From positions 4,438,239 through 4,502,238 of the forward strand of contig CAWKPF010000002.1 of the NCBI GenBank assembly GCA_963851415.1: a stretch of DNA of 64,000 nucleotides. Reading direction: 5' to 3'. This document shows positions 24,275 through 33,118 of the stretch, piece after piece. The position numbers and the translations under genes are program-made. This DNA is from an uncultured Acidobacteriota bacterium (lineage in GTDB: Bacteria > Acidobacteriota > Thermoanaerobaculia > Multivoradales > Multivoraceae). Every line of letters starts with the position of its first letter. Position 1 is the stretch's first letter. The notes below the pieces were generated by a model. The model was given only the letters and a program-made list of their open reading frames with translations, ran no database searches and had not been told where the DNA came from.

Positions 24275-25200
24275 TGTCCCTTCTGCGTCGCTTCTTCGAA
24301 CGTCCCCAGAGCATCGGCCTACGCAGAGCGCTCTTCCAGGTGCATCTGTGGTGCGGCCTGGCGATCGGTCTGTACGTCGTCGTGATCAGTGTGAGCGGCA
24401 GCGTGCTGGTCTATCGCGATGAGCTGCGTCGGGCGTACGACCCGAAACCGCGAGTGGTCGAGATCCGCGGCGAGCGACTGAGTGAGGCGTCGTTGACCGC
24501 GGCGGCGCAACGCGCCTATCCCGGGAGAGAGGTCACGCTCGACTACATTCCCGAAGAGCCGAGCCATGCGGTGACGTTTCTGGTCGGGCGTGGCGACTCG
24601 GAGGACCAGATCCTGTTCGATCCCTACAGCGGCGAGGCGCTCGGTCACGCTCTACCCCTGGGCTGGCGCCTGACCAGTTGGACGCTCGATCTCCATGACA
24701 ATCTGCTCTCGGGCGACACGGGGCGCAGGGTCAACGGTACGGGAGCGGTTCTCCTCGTCGTGATGAGTGGGACGGGGCTGATCCTGTGGTGGCCGGGGGT
24801 GTCGCGCTGGCGGCGCAGTCTTTGGGTCGACTGGAGGGCGGGCTCGCCCTCGTTCAGTTGGAAGAGCTTCCACTGGAGGCTCCACTCGGCGCTCGGGATC
24901 TGGGCGTGGGCGTTCGTTTGTCTCTGGGGAGTGACGGGGATCTATCTCTGCTTCCCCGATCCCTTCAGCGCGCTGGTGGACTCCCTGGAGGGCGTCGATC
25001 CAGAGAGCTTCGAGCCACGGACCGGGGACACGGTGCTGTACTGGCTCGGCTACCTGCACTTCGGGCGCTTCGGCGGCACCCCGACCAAGCTGGCCTGGGC
25101 ACTCTTCGGACTGGCGCCGCCCACGCTCTTCGCGACCGGCGCCTCGATGTGGTGGAACCGCGTTGTGCGTCCGCGTCAGCGCAGCGGTGAGGACCGCTGA
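24274..25200 (+). CDS. PepSY-associated TM helix membrane protein.
   Basis: The GTG at 24274 overlaps the ACAD stop (TAGTG). PepSY_TM-like architecture: LFQVHLWCGLAIGLYVVVISVSGSVLVY near the N-terminus, further helices (GAVLLVVMSGTGLILWW, LGIWAWAFVCLWGVTGIYL), and C-terminal LHFGRFGG. The N-terminal part of ORF 23428..25200 overlaps ACAD in another frame and is rejected. Confidence 0.78.
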   Translation: MSLLRRFFERPQSIGLRRALFQVHLWCGLAIGLYVVVISVSGSVLVYRDELRRAYDPKPRVVEIRGERLSEASLTAAAQRAYPGREVTLDYIPEEPSHAVTFLVGRGDSEDQILFDPYSGEALGHALPLGWRLTSWTLDLHDNLLSGDTGRRVNGTGAVLLVVMSGTGLILWWPGVSRWRRSLWVDWRAGSPSFSWKSFHWRLHSALGIWAWAFVCLWGVTGIYLCFPDPFSALVDSLEGVDPESFEPRTGDTVLYWLGYLHFGRFGGTPTKLAWALFGLAPPTLFATGASMWWNRVVRPRQRSGEDR

Positions 25201-25419
25201 GAGCCCCGCGGTCCGTTCCGGTGGTTGCCTTGCCGAAGAGGAGGTGTCGTGGCTCCGGTCCCATGCGCTGCAGCCGTGGCGCCGGAAGCGCTCTCTTGTC
25301 CGACCGACGTTCGGGGTGCCCGCCCCTCGAGGTGAAATTTAAATATAGCAGATACACGATGAACGGCGCAATCGAAGGGTTCCCGGGCTGCTGTATCGTT
25401 CGCGGCAGCACCCCCTGAG

Positions 25420-25485
25420 AAGAAACTCCCCTGATCACAAACCCCTGACCAGAAACCCCTGACCAGAAACCCCTGAACCAGCAAA
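25420..25485. repeat. Tandem 14-bp direct repeats (AAACCCCTGACCAG x ~3.5, plus one degenerate flanking copy) in the 5-prime leader of the DUF885-like gene.
   Basis: Read directly: gaagaaactcccctgatcac / aaacccctgaccag / aaacccctgaccag / aaacccctgaaccag / caaaccggagg, followed by GTG at 25501. A locally AT-rich stretch (aaatttaaatatagcagatacacgatgaacgg, about 25335-25370) lies 50-100 nt upstream. Confidence 0.8.
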
Positions 25486-25500
25486 CCGGAGGTTCCTTCC

Positions 25501-27315
25501 GTGACAGTGACAGCCCTCCCCTCTCTCCGTCGGTGGACTGCGGCCGGTCTCGGCCTGCTACTCCTGGCGGCCTGCAGCGGCAGGCCTCCCGGTGCGGAGC
25601 AGGACGGTCCCGAGTCCGTGGCGTCTTCAGGCACCTCTGGCCAGCTTCATGCCTTGTTCGATCGGCACTGGCAATCGCGCCTGGAGGAGAATCCCCTGCT
25701 GGCGACCTCGGTCGGCGATCACCGTTTCGACGACAGGTTGCCTTCCGTCGACGCGGCGGACCTCGAGCGGCGCTATGAGCGGGACAAGGCCGCCTTGGAG
25801 GAGCTGTCGAGCTTCGATCTGAGTGACGTCTCCGAGACCGACAGAATCAACGCGGCGATCTTCGAGCGTCAGCTCTGGGATGCCGTTTCGGAGTACGAGT
25901 TCGGAGCCTGGCAGATTCCGATGAACGCCGACTCGGGCTTTCACACCGGTTTCGCCCGGCTCGACCGCCGGATGCCGATGCGCACTGCCCAGGACTACCG
26001 CAACTATCTGTCTCGTCTCGAGGCCTTTCCGCGCTACGTCGACCAGCAGATCGCCAATATGCGCATCGGCCTCGAGCGGGGCTTCAGCCTGCCGGTGGCT
26101 ACCCTCGACGGATACGAGGCGACGATGCGCAGCCACATCGTCTACGACCCTGAAGAGAGTGTCTTGTGGGCACCGATGATGCGCATGCCGACCGCGATCT
26201 CCCAAGAGGATCGTGCGGCCCTGCTCGGGCGTGCTCGCAGCTCGATCATGGACGGAGTGGTCGAGGGCTACCGGCGTCTCGACGAGTTCTGGACCAACGA
26301 GTACCTTCCTGCCACCAGGACCACCCTCGGTGCCTCCGATCTCCCGGACGGGCGTGCCTACTACGAGCAGCGCGTGAAGTTCTTCACCACCCTGGACATC
26401 TCACCGGAGGAGGTGCACGAGATCGGCCTTGCGGAGGTGGCACGGATTCGCGCGGAGATGGCGGAGATCATCGAAGACGTCGGCTTCCGAGGCTCCTTCG
26501 CGGAGTTCCTCGAGTTCCTGCGCACGGACCCGCAGTTCTACCCCGAGACCGGTGAAGAGCTGCTCTGGCGCGCCGCCTGGATCGCCAAGACCATGGACGG
26601 AAAGCTGCCGTCGCTCTTCGGTACCCTGCCGCGTCTGCCCTACACCGTCGAGCCGGTGCCCGATCACATCGCACCGAAGTACACAGCCGGTCGCTACGTC
26701 GGTCCGCCCTATGGCAGCACCGAGCCGGGCATCTACTGGGTCAATACCTACAACCTTCCGAGTCGAACCCTCTACACGCTCGAGGCGCTTTCCCTGCACG
26801 AGGCGGTCCCCGGACACCACCTGCAAAACGCTCTGGCGCAGGAGGCGGAGGAGCAGCCGCCGTTCCGGCGCTTCGACTACATTTCGGCCTACGGCGAAGG
26901 CTGGGGACTCTACTCGGAGTATCTGGGCATCGAAGCGGGCTTCTACCAGGACCCCTACAGTGATTTCGGCCGCCTCACCTACGAGATGTGGCGCGCCTGC
27001 CGTCTGGTGGTCGATACCGGAGTGCACGCGATGGGGTGGACCCGCGAGCAGGTGATGGACTACATGACGGAGAACACAGCGCTTTCGCTGCACGAGATTC
27101 GTACCGAGACCGACCGCTACATCACCTGGCCGGGCCAGGCGCTGGCCTACAAGATGGGCGAACTGAAGATCAAGGAGCTGCGCCAACGCGCCGAATCGGC
27201 TCTCGGTCCGCAGTTCGACGTCCGCGAGTTTCACGATGCAGTGCTCGAGAACGGCTCGGTACCGCTACCGGTGCTCGAGGACCTGATCGATCGTTACATC
27301 GAGGAGGCACGCTAG
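25501..27315 (+). CDS. DUF885-family lipoprotein (putative metallopeptidase-like, HExxxxH motif).
   Basis: GTG start preceded by ggagg. Signal peptide with lipobox LLLAACSG. Family-typical blocks YEFGAWQIPMN, SLHEAVPGHHLQNAL and YGEGWGLYSEYLG. Confidence 0.82.
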   Translation: MTVTALPSLRRWTAAGLGLLLLAACSGRPPGAEQDGPESVASSGTSGQLHALFDRHWQSRLEENPLLATSVGDHRFDDRLPSVDAADLERRYERDKAALEELSSFDLSDVSETDRINAAIFERQLWDAVSEYEFGAWQIPMNADSGFHTGFARLDRRMPMRTAQDYRNYLSRLEAFPRYVDQQIANMRIGLERGFSLPVATLDGYEATMRSHIVYDPEESVLWAPMMRMPTAISQEDRAALLGRARSSIMDGVVEGYRRLDEFWTNEYLPATRTTLGASDLPDGRAYYEQRVKFFTTLDISPEEVHEIGLAEVARIRAEMAEIIEDVGFRGSFAEFLEFLRTDPQFYPETGEELLWRAAWIAKTMDGKLPSLFGTLPRLPYTVEPVPDHIAPKYTAGRYVGPPYGSTEPGIYWVNTYNLPSRTLYTLEALSLHEAVPGHHLQNALAQEAEEQPPFRRFDYISAYGEGWGLYSEYLGIEAGFYQDPYSDFGRLTYEMWRACRLVVDTGVHAMGWTREQVMDYMTENTALSLHEIRTETDRYITWPGQALAYKMGELKIKELRQRAESALGPQFDVREFHDAVLENGSVPLPVLEDLIDRYIEEAR

Positions 27316-27317
27316 CC

Positions 27318-27869
27318 ATGGGCAAGACCTACGACGAGATCGACGACCGTCTGCGCAGCTTCATCGAAGCCCAGCAGATGTTCTTCATCGCCACTGCGCC
27401 GAGCTCGTCACGAGGGCTGATCAACCTCTCTCCGAAGGGTCTCGATGCGTTGCGCGTCACCGGGCCGAAGTCGCTGGCCTACCTCGATCTCGGGGGAAGC
27501 GGTATCGAGACCGTCGCGCATCTGAAAGATGACGGTCGCTTCGTGCTCATGTTCTGCGCGTTCGAAGGCAAGCCGCTCATCCTCAGGCTCTACGGCCGCG
27601 GTCGCGTGCACGAGCGCGGCGACGAGGGATATGAACGACTGGTTGCGCTCTTCCCGGATCTGCCGGGAAAGCGCACCGTCATCGAGCTCGACGTCGAGCG
27701 CATCGCCGACTCGTGCGGCTGGGCAGTGCCACGCTATGACTTCGTCGAGCAGCGCGACACGCTGGTGCGATACCACGAACAGCGCACCGAGGAGAAACTG
27801 CAGGCCAGTCTGCGAAGGAACCAGAAGAGCCTCGATGGACTGCCGGGTCTCCGGGTCTCCCAAGGCTAG
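27318..27869 (+). CDS. Pyridoxamine 5-prime-phosphate oxidase-like (FMN-binding split barrel) family protein.
   Basis: The ATG lies 3 nt after the upstream stop. The sequence MGKTYDEIDDRLRSFIEAQQMFFIATAP...INLSPKG is typical of the PPOX-like superfamily. Confidence 0.7.
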   Translation: MGKTYDEIDDRLRSFIEAQQMFFIATAPSSSRGLINLSPKGLDALRVTGPKSLAYLDLGGSGIETVAHLKDDGRFVLMFCAFEGKPLILRLYGRGRVHERGDEGYERLVALFPDLPGKRTVIELDVERIADSCGWAVPRYDFVEQRDTLVRYHEQRTEEKLQASLRRNQKSLDGLPGLRVSQG

Positions 27870-27910
27870 CGAGCTCGCCGGGAGCGTCGGGCGGGGGTGG
27901 GAGTGCGGGC

Positions 27911-28333
27911 TCAGTCGGAGAGCCCGGGCTTGCGGCGGGCCTGCTTGGTCTGCGAACGCTGGCGCTTGGCTTCGAGCCGGCGTTTCCTGGCGGCTCGCGA
28001 GGGCTTCGTCTTCCGGCGGGGCTTCGGCGGCTCGAGCGCTCGACGGATCAGCTCGCCGAGTCGCTCCCTGGCGTCGGCTCGGTTGCGCTCCTGGGTGCGG
28101 TGGCGTCTGGCTTCGATCAGCAACACACCCTCGTCGGTGGCGCGGCTGCCAGCCAGTTTCAGGAGGCGCTGCTTGACCGGCTCGGGGAGGACCTGGTTGG
28201 CCGCCACGTCGAAACGCAGCTGCACGGCGGTCGCGACCTTGTTGACGTTCTGGCCGCCGGGGCCCGAGGCTCGGACGAAGCGCTCGTCCAGCTCGCCTTC
28301 GTCGATCGCGATTTCGGGGGTGATCTCCAGCAT
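27911..28333 (-). CDS. arfB: Peptidyl-tRNA hydrolase ArfB (alternative ribosome-rescue factor B, YaeJ-like).
   Basis: 140 aa from the ATG at 28333. GGQ motif (RASGPGGQNVNKVATAVQLRF) and a basic C-terminal tail (PPKPRRKTKPSRAARKRRLEAKRQRSQTKQARRK). The ORF-track N-terminal extension to 28645 is S/T/P-rich junk. Confidence 0.85.
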   Translation of the reverse strand: MLEITPEIAIDEGELDERFVRASGPGGQNVNKVATAVQLRFDVAANQVLPEPVKQRLLKLAGSRATDEGVLLIEARRHRTQERNRADARERLGELIRRALEPPKPRRKTKPSRAARKRRLEAKRQRSQTKQARRKPGLSD

Positions 28334-28355
28334 CCGACCCTCTGGGCAGATACCC

Positions 28356-29255
28356 CTAGTCGACGATCCGTTCACCCTCGAGTCGGGTGAGCTCACGGAA
28401 GTGGCGTTGGAGTCGCTGTACGACGGGCCGCTCTCCACTTCCGATCTTGCGCCCGTCGACGATGCCGACCGGCACGAGCTCTCCCATCGTGCCGGTACAG
28501 AAGGCCTCGTCGGCACGATAGAGCTCGGCCTGGGAGCAGTCGCGCTCGACGCAGGGAATGTCGTGGTTGCGGCACAGTTCGAGTACCGTGGCGCGAGTGA
28601 TCCCTTCGGGGCAGGCCACACAATGACTGGTCGTGACGACGCCATCGGCGACGAAGAAGACGTGCGTGGCGTTCGTCTCGGCGATGAATCCGCGTCGATC
28701 GAGCATCAATGCGTCGTCGGCGCCCGCGGCGTTGGCCTCGATTTTCGCGAGGATCGACTGGATCAGGTTGCAGTGATGGATCTTGGGGTCCATGCAGTCG
28801 GGGGGAAAGCGACGCACGGAGCTGGTAGCCAGGGTGACCTCGTCGTTGCCGTAGACCGGAGCCTTGTGCTCGGCCAGGACGATCAGCGTGGGGCCGGACT
28901 GATTCAGGCGGGGATCCATGCCGGAGGTGATCTTGACTCCCCGAGTGAGAGTGAGGCGGATGTGAACGGCATCGCGCATCTCGTTCGCCACGAGAGTCTT
29001 GCGAATCTCCTCGATGATCGATTCGTGGCTCGGAATCTCGCTGAAGGCCAGCGCCAGAGCGGAGTGACGCAGCCGGTCGAGGTGCTCGGCCAGTTTGAAG
29101 ACGCGGCCCTCGTAGACCCGGAGGCCTTCCCAGACCGCGTCCCCGCCCTGGACAGCCGAGTCGAAAGGGCTGATCCCGGCCTCGTCGCGGTGGTGAAGCG
29201 TTCCGTTGATGTTGATCAGCAGGTCACGGTTTCGCTCGTTGAAGGTCTGCAGCAT
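28356..29255 (-). CDS. Aminotransferase class IV (branched-chain amino acid aminotransferase / D-amino-acid aminotransferase-like).
   Basis: 299 aa with class IV fold-type blocks (GDAVWEGLRVYEGRVFKLAEHLDRL, EAFCTGTMGELVPVGIVDGRKIG). It lies 22 nt upstream of arfB on the same strand. Confidence 0.78.
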   Translation of the reverse strand: MLQTFNERNRDLLININGTLHHRDEAGISPFDSAVQGGDAVWEGLRVYEGRVFKLAEHLDRLRHSALALAFSEIPSHESIIEEIRKTLVANEMRDAVHIRLTLTRGVKITSGMDPRLNQSGPTLIVLAEHKAPVYGNDEVTLATSSVRRFPPDCMDPKIHHCNLIQSILAKIEANAAGADDALMLDRRGFIAETNATHVFFVADGVVTTSHCVACPEGITRATVLELCRNHDIPCVERDCSQAELYRADEAFCTGTMGELVPVGIVDGRKIGSGERPVVQRLQRHFRELTRLEGERIVD

Positions 29256-29350
29256 GGCGAGTCTCGGGCTTCCTCGGAGTGGAGGTAAGAGGGTGAAGGG
29301 AGGACGAAGGTGATCATACCGCCCCCCAGGAGTGGCGTGTTCGGCTACGA

Positions 29351-31090
29351 TTGCCTGTCGTGACCACTCCTGGAACAGCGTGGTTGGCCGCCGCCGGCCT
29401 CCTGCTCTCGTTGGGCCTTTCTGGCCGGCCGCCTACACCCGTGACCGCGCCGCCGGCAGACCGGACCGTACCGAGTGACGGCTATCCTCGCCAGACCGCG
29501 ATCGACGTGGTCGGTTATCGATTTCACTTGAGTCTGTTCGACGAGCACGACGGAATCGAGGGCGTCGGGTTGATCGAGCTCATCAGAGGCGGGGAGAGCC
29601 GCCTCGCTCTCGATCTCGTGGGCGTCGGCAGCGTGGCGCAAGGGGAGCCGCCCGCCGGGATGACCGTCGAGGCGGTCGAGCGGCTCGGAGTCGAGTCGCT
29701 CGAAGAGATTGGAGCGGTGCCGACATCGGGTGAGCCGCTGGACTTCCAGCACGAGGGCGATCGACTGCACATCGATCTCGGCCCGCACATCGCTACACCT
29801 GTGCAGGGCGGGAGCCGCGTCGTGCTGGCCGTGCACTACAGCGGTGTTCCGGTGGACGGTCTGGTGATCGGCCAGAACCGCTATGGAGACCGGACCTTCT
29901 TCGGTGACAACTGGCCCGATCGGGCCCGGCACTGGCTGCCGGTGATCGACCATCCCTACGACAAGGCAGTCGTCGGATTCGTGGTGGAGGCGCCAGCGCA
30001 GTACCAGGTGGTCGCCAGTGGGGCCCTGCGCGAGGTGACGGATCTGGAGGGCGGACGTCGTCGCACGTGGTGGCAGAGCGAGGTGCCCCTCGCGACCAAG
30101 GTGATGGTGGTCGGTGTCGCCCGCTTCGCGGTGGAGCACTCCGGGACGATCGAGGGGATCCCGGTGTCGAGCTGGGTCTACCCCCAGGATCGCGAACGGG
30201 GCTTCGACTCGTTTGCTCCCTCGGGCGAGGTTCTTCGCTTCTTCATCGATCGCGTAGGGAAGTTCCCCTACGCCAAGCTCGCCTCGGTGCAGTCGACGAC
30301 CCGCTACGGCGGTATGGAGAACGCGGGCAACATCTTCTACTACGAGCGTTCGGTCGAGCAGCCCGAGATCGAGTCCTTGATCGCTCACGAGATCGCTCAT
30401 CAGTGGTTCGGCGACTCGGTCTCCGAGAGCGACTGGCATCATGTCTGGCTGAGTGAGGGATTCGCGACCTATCTGACCGTGGCCTGGCTCGAATCGCGCT
30501 ACGGCGAGCAGAGGCTTCGGGAGTCGATGGCGGCCGGTCGCACCATGGTGATCCAGGCGGCCGAAGAAGACCCCCAGCGCTCGGTGCTCGATCTCGACGT
30601 CGAGAACCCGCGCGAGCTTCTCGGTCCGGCCGTCTATCAGCGGGGCGCCTGGGTGCTTCACATGTTGCGCCGCGAGGTGGGCGACGAGGCGTTCTGGCAG
30701 GGCGTCGCTGCGCTGTATCGCGACAGTGGTCACGGCAACGCGCTGACGTCGGACTTCAAGGCCTTGATGGAGCAGGCTTCGGGGCGTGACCTGGACCACT
30801 TCTTCGCGCAGTGGTTGGAGCGCCCCGAGTTGCCGACGATCGAGGTCGAGGTCGGGTCGGCGGCTGGGCGAGACGGACGCCTGGAGGTCGTCCTCAGGCA
30901 GATTCAGCCCGAGGCTCCGTTCGATCTTTGGATCGACGTCGAATTGACCGGAGAGCCCGAGAGTCGGCAGCGTGTTCGGCTCGATGGCCGTCGCAAGAAG
31001 GTGGTGTTTCGAGCTGCCGAGCCCGGGGCCCGGGTGCAGGTCGATCCCGAGGTCTGGCTGTTGTACGAGACCCCGACAGGATCGCGTTGA
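29351..31090 (+). CDS. M1-family zinc aminopeptidase (aminopeptidase N-like), secreted.
   Basis: GGMENAG exopeptidase motif and HEIAHQWFGD (HExxH) with the downstream WLSEGFATY glutamate. Signal peptide TAWLAAAGLLLSLGLSG. The start is uncertain (TTG 29351 or GTG 29360). Confidence 0.85.
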   Translation: MPVVTTPGTAWLAAAGLLLSLGLSGRPPTPVTAPPADRTVPSDGYPRQTAIDVVGYRFHLSLFDEHDGIEGVGLIELIRGGESRLALDLVGVGSVAQGEPPAGMTVEAVERLGVESLEEIGAVPTSGEPLDFQHEGDRLHIDLGPHIATPVQGGSRVVLAVHYSGVPVDGLVIGQNRYGDRTFFGDNWPDRARHWLPVIDHPYDKAVVGFVVEAPAQYQVVASGALREVTDLEGGRRRTWWQSEVPLATKVMVVGVARFAVEHSGTIEGIPVSSWVYPQDRERGFDSFAPSGEVLRFFIDRVGKFPYAKLASVQSTTRYGGMENAGNIFYYERSVEQPEIESLIAHEIAHQWFGDSVSESDWHHVWLSEGFATYLTVAWLESRYGEQRLRESMAAGRTMVIQAAEEDPQRSVLDLDVENPRELLGPAVYQRGAWVLHMLRREVGDEAFWQGVAALYRDSGHGNALTSDFKALMEQASGRDLDHFFAQWLERPELPTIEVEVGSAAGRDGRLEVVLRQIQPEAPFDLWIDVELTGEPESRQRVRLDGRRKKVVFRAAEPGARVQVDPEVWLLYETPTGSR

Positions 31091-31097
31091 GCCACGC

Positions 31098-31130
31098 AGG
31101 CCGCTGCCCGAGCGGCCTCGTTTCGGTTCC
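31098..31130 (+). terminator. Candidate intrinsic terminator after the M1 aminopeptidase gene.
   Basis: Perfect 8-bp stem aggccgct/agcggcct with a 5-nt loop (31098-31118), followed by cgTTTcggTT. The T-tract is weak. Confidence 0.4.
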
Positions 31131-31222
31131 CTGGAGTCGAGAGGCCCGAATTCGCCTCGCCCCGGTGATTTCGACATAATCCCGGCTGGAGCCGGTCCCT
31201 GTCCAGACTGCGAAAGAGGAGG

Positions 31223-31717
31223 ATGTCGGTGGCTGAATCGCACCCATTCCCGGTCGACGCGAGTCATATCCTGATGTTTGCCCGCGCGGTGGGCGATCCC
31301 AATCCGATCTACTCCGATGCCGAGTACGCTCGGGGCACGGAGCCCGGGGGGATCATCGCGCCCCCCACCTTCCCGCAGGCGCGTGCGCAGTTCCAACCTG
31401 GCTACCCGCTGCGTCCGACCATCGGTGAGCCCTGGTTCGGCTCGGGCCGCGAGCCGAGCGGGGTGCCTCCAGAGGAGCTCGGGAGCGGCACCGGACTGCA
31501 TGCCGAGCAGCACTTCGAGTACCACCGGCAGGTCGAGGCCGGAGAGGAGCTCATGGTCTCCACGCGCCCCGGAAAGAGCTGGGAGAAGCAGGGCAAGCGC
31601 GGCGGCAAACTCAAGTTCAGCGAACAGATCATCGAGTATCGCGACCGAAGTGGTGAGCTGGTGGTGACCGCGCGCTCGGTCGGCGTACTCACCGAGAAGG
31701 TCGTCGAGGAGGAGTAG
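31223..31717 (+). CDS. Hotdog-fold protein, HadA/HadC-like N-terminal (non-catalytic) partner of a MaoC dehydratase.
   Basis: ATG preceded by aagaggagg. 164 aa with FAS1-like dehydratase N-terminal-type sequence (HILMFARAVGDPNPIYSD). It is followed 3 nt later by a MaoC-type catalytic hotdog gene. Confidence 0.7.
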   Translation: MSVAESHPFPVDASHILMFARAVGDPNPIYSDAEYARGTEPGGIIAPPTFPQARAQFQPGYPLRPTIGEPWFGSGREPSGVPPEELGSGTGLHAEQHFEYHRQVEAGEELMVSTRPGKSWEKQGKRGGKLKFSEQIIEYRDRSGELVVTARSVGVLTEKVVEEE

Positions 31718-31719
31718 CG

Positions 31720-32142
31720 ATGGCCCTCGTTGCGAGCCAGATCGAGGTCGGCCAGACTCACGAAGAGGTGGTCGTCGAGAATCTCACCCGGACGCAGCTG
31801 GTGCAGTATGCGGGAGCCTCGGGTGACTACAATCCACTCCATACCGACGAGGTCTTCGCGACGCAGGTTGCCGGATACCCGACCGTATTCGCCCACGGCA
31901 TGCTGACCATGGGGCTGACCGCCAAGGCCGTGACCAACCTGGTCGGCGACGGCCGACTCGCCAAGTACGGCGTGCGCTTCACGGCTCAAGTGTGGCCCGG
32001 TGACGACCTCACGACGCGGAGCACGGTAAAAGAGCTACGAGAAGAGGGCGGAGTCCGGTTCGTCGACCTCGAGGTCGAGACGGTGAATCAAGACGGTGTG
32101 ACGGTCGTGAAGGGCTACGCGACGGCGCGAATCGACCCGTGA
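31720..32142 (+). CDS. MaoC-family (R)-specific enoyl-CoA hydratase / hydroxyacyl-ACP dehydratase subunit (HadB-like).
   Basis: MaoC signature DYNPLHTDEVFATQVAGYPTVFAHGM. 140 aa. ATG preceded by gaggagg. Confidence 0.8.
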   Translation: MALVASQIEVGQTHEEVVVENLTRTQLVQYAGASGDYNPLHTDEVFATQVAGYPTVFAHGMLTMGLTAKAVTNLVGDGRLAKYGVRFTAQVWPGDDLTTRSTVKELREEGGVRFVDLEVETVNQDGVTVVKGYATARIDP

Positions 32143-33074
32143 CGGAGAACGACGACTCGATCGCTCCTCTGTCGGAACGACGGCGGCCCAGATTGGCCCT
32201 CGCCGTCGGGCTGGCGCTGGCCTTCGGTACCCTGATCTTCGATCTCTCGCGTCCCCTGGGGGTGGCCTCCGCGGTCCCCTACGTGGCGGTCGTGCTGGCG
32301 GGACTGGTCAGTCAGAAGCGTTCGCTGGTGGTGGCGTTCGGAGTCTTGACGACGGTGCTGACGCTGGTCGGATTCTTCGCCGTGCCGATCGGCTCCGGAG
32401 CGACCGTGACACCGAGGGTGGAGTTCCTCAATCGGGGTCTCACGATCTTCGCCATCTGGGCCGTGACCGCGACCGCGGTCGGTTACCTCGGATCTCAGAA
32501 GCGTTGGGAGGAGCGCTTGTCGAACCTGGCGATCGAGGACCCGCTCACCGGCCTGGCCAACCGGCGCTACATTCTCGAGCAACTGGGGCGCCAGATGAAG
32601 CTGGTCGACCGCTACGAGCAGACGTTCTCGGTGGCGCTCTTCGACATCGATCGTTTCAAGGAGTTCAACGACCGCTACGGGCATCAGGTGGGAGACGAGG
32701 TGCTGCGCATGGTGGCACGACTCGGTGAGGGCTGTATTCGCGACAGTGACGAGATCGCCCGCTTCGGGGGCGAGGAGTTCCTCGTCGTCTGCCCCAGCAC
32801 GACGCTCGAACAGGCGGTCAAGGTGGGGGAGCGCGTGCGGCGAGAGATCGAGAACTTCGAGCTGTGGCGAGACGGTCTCCGCCTGAGTGTCACGGTCTCG
32901 GTCGGCGTCGCTCAATGCCCGGAGCAGCCTGTACCGATCGAACAGGTGCTGCACAACGCCGACGAGGCGCTGTACAAAGCCAAGAAAGACGGGCGCAACA
33001 AGGTCGTCGCGTTCGATCCGTTGGTGGTCTCGGGCACCCTGGAGATTCCCGAGGGGGGCGAGGCCGCGGGCTAG
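32139..33074 (+). CDS. Membrane-anchored diguanylate cyclase (GGDEF domain; GGEEF active site with RxxD I-site).
   Basis: The GTG start overlaps the upstream stop (GTGA). An N-terminal hydrophobic region spans about 4 TM helices. GGDEF-domain blocks LTGLANRRY, ALFDIDRFKEFNDRYGHQVGD and RDSDEIARFGGEEF. Confidence 0.85.
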   Translation: MTENDDSIAPLSERRRPRLALAVGLALAFGTLIFDLSRPLGVASAVPYVAVVLAGLVSQKRSLVVAFGVLTTVLTLVGFFAVPIGSGATVTPRVEFLNRGLTIFAIWAVTATAVGYLGSQKRWEERLSNLAIEDPLTGLANRRYILEQLGRQMKLVDRYEQTFSVALFDIDRFKEFNDRYGHQVGDEVLRMVARLGEGCIRDSDEIARFGGEEFLVVCPSTTLEQAVKVGERVRREIENFELWRDGLRLSVTVSVGVAQCPEQPVPIEQVLHNADEALYKAKKDGRNKVVAFDPLVVSGTLEIPEGGEAAG

Positions 33075-33118
33075 GCCCGGGCGGTGCGCCCGGGCTGTCG
33101 GACGACTGGCCCGCTCTC

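Noticed and set aside
25420-25485. Possible CRISPR or mobile-element terminal repeats (the 14-bp tandem repeats)
   Set aside because: The repeats are too short, perfectly tandem and spacerless. There is no transposase, no inverted-repeat partner and no target-site duplication nearby.
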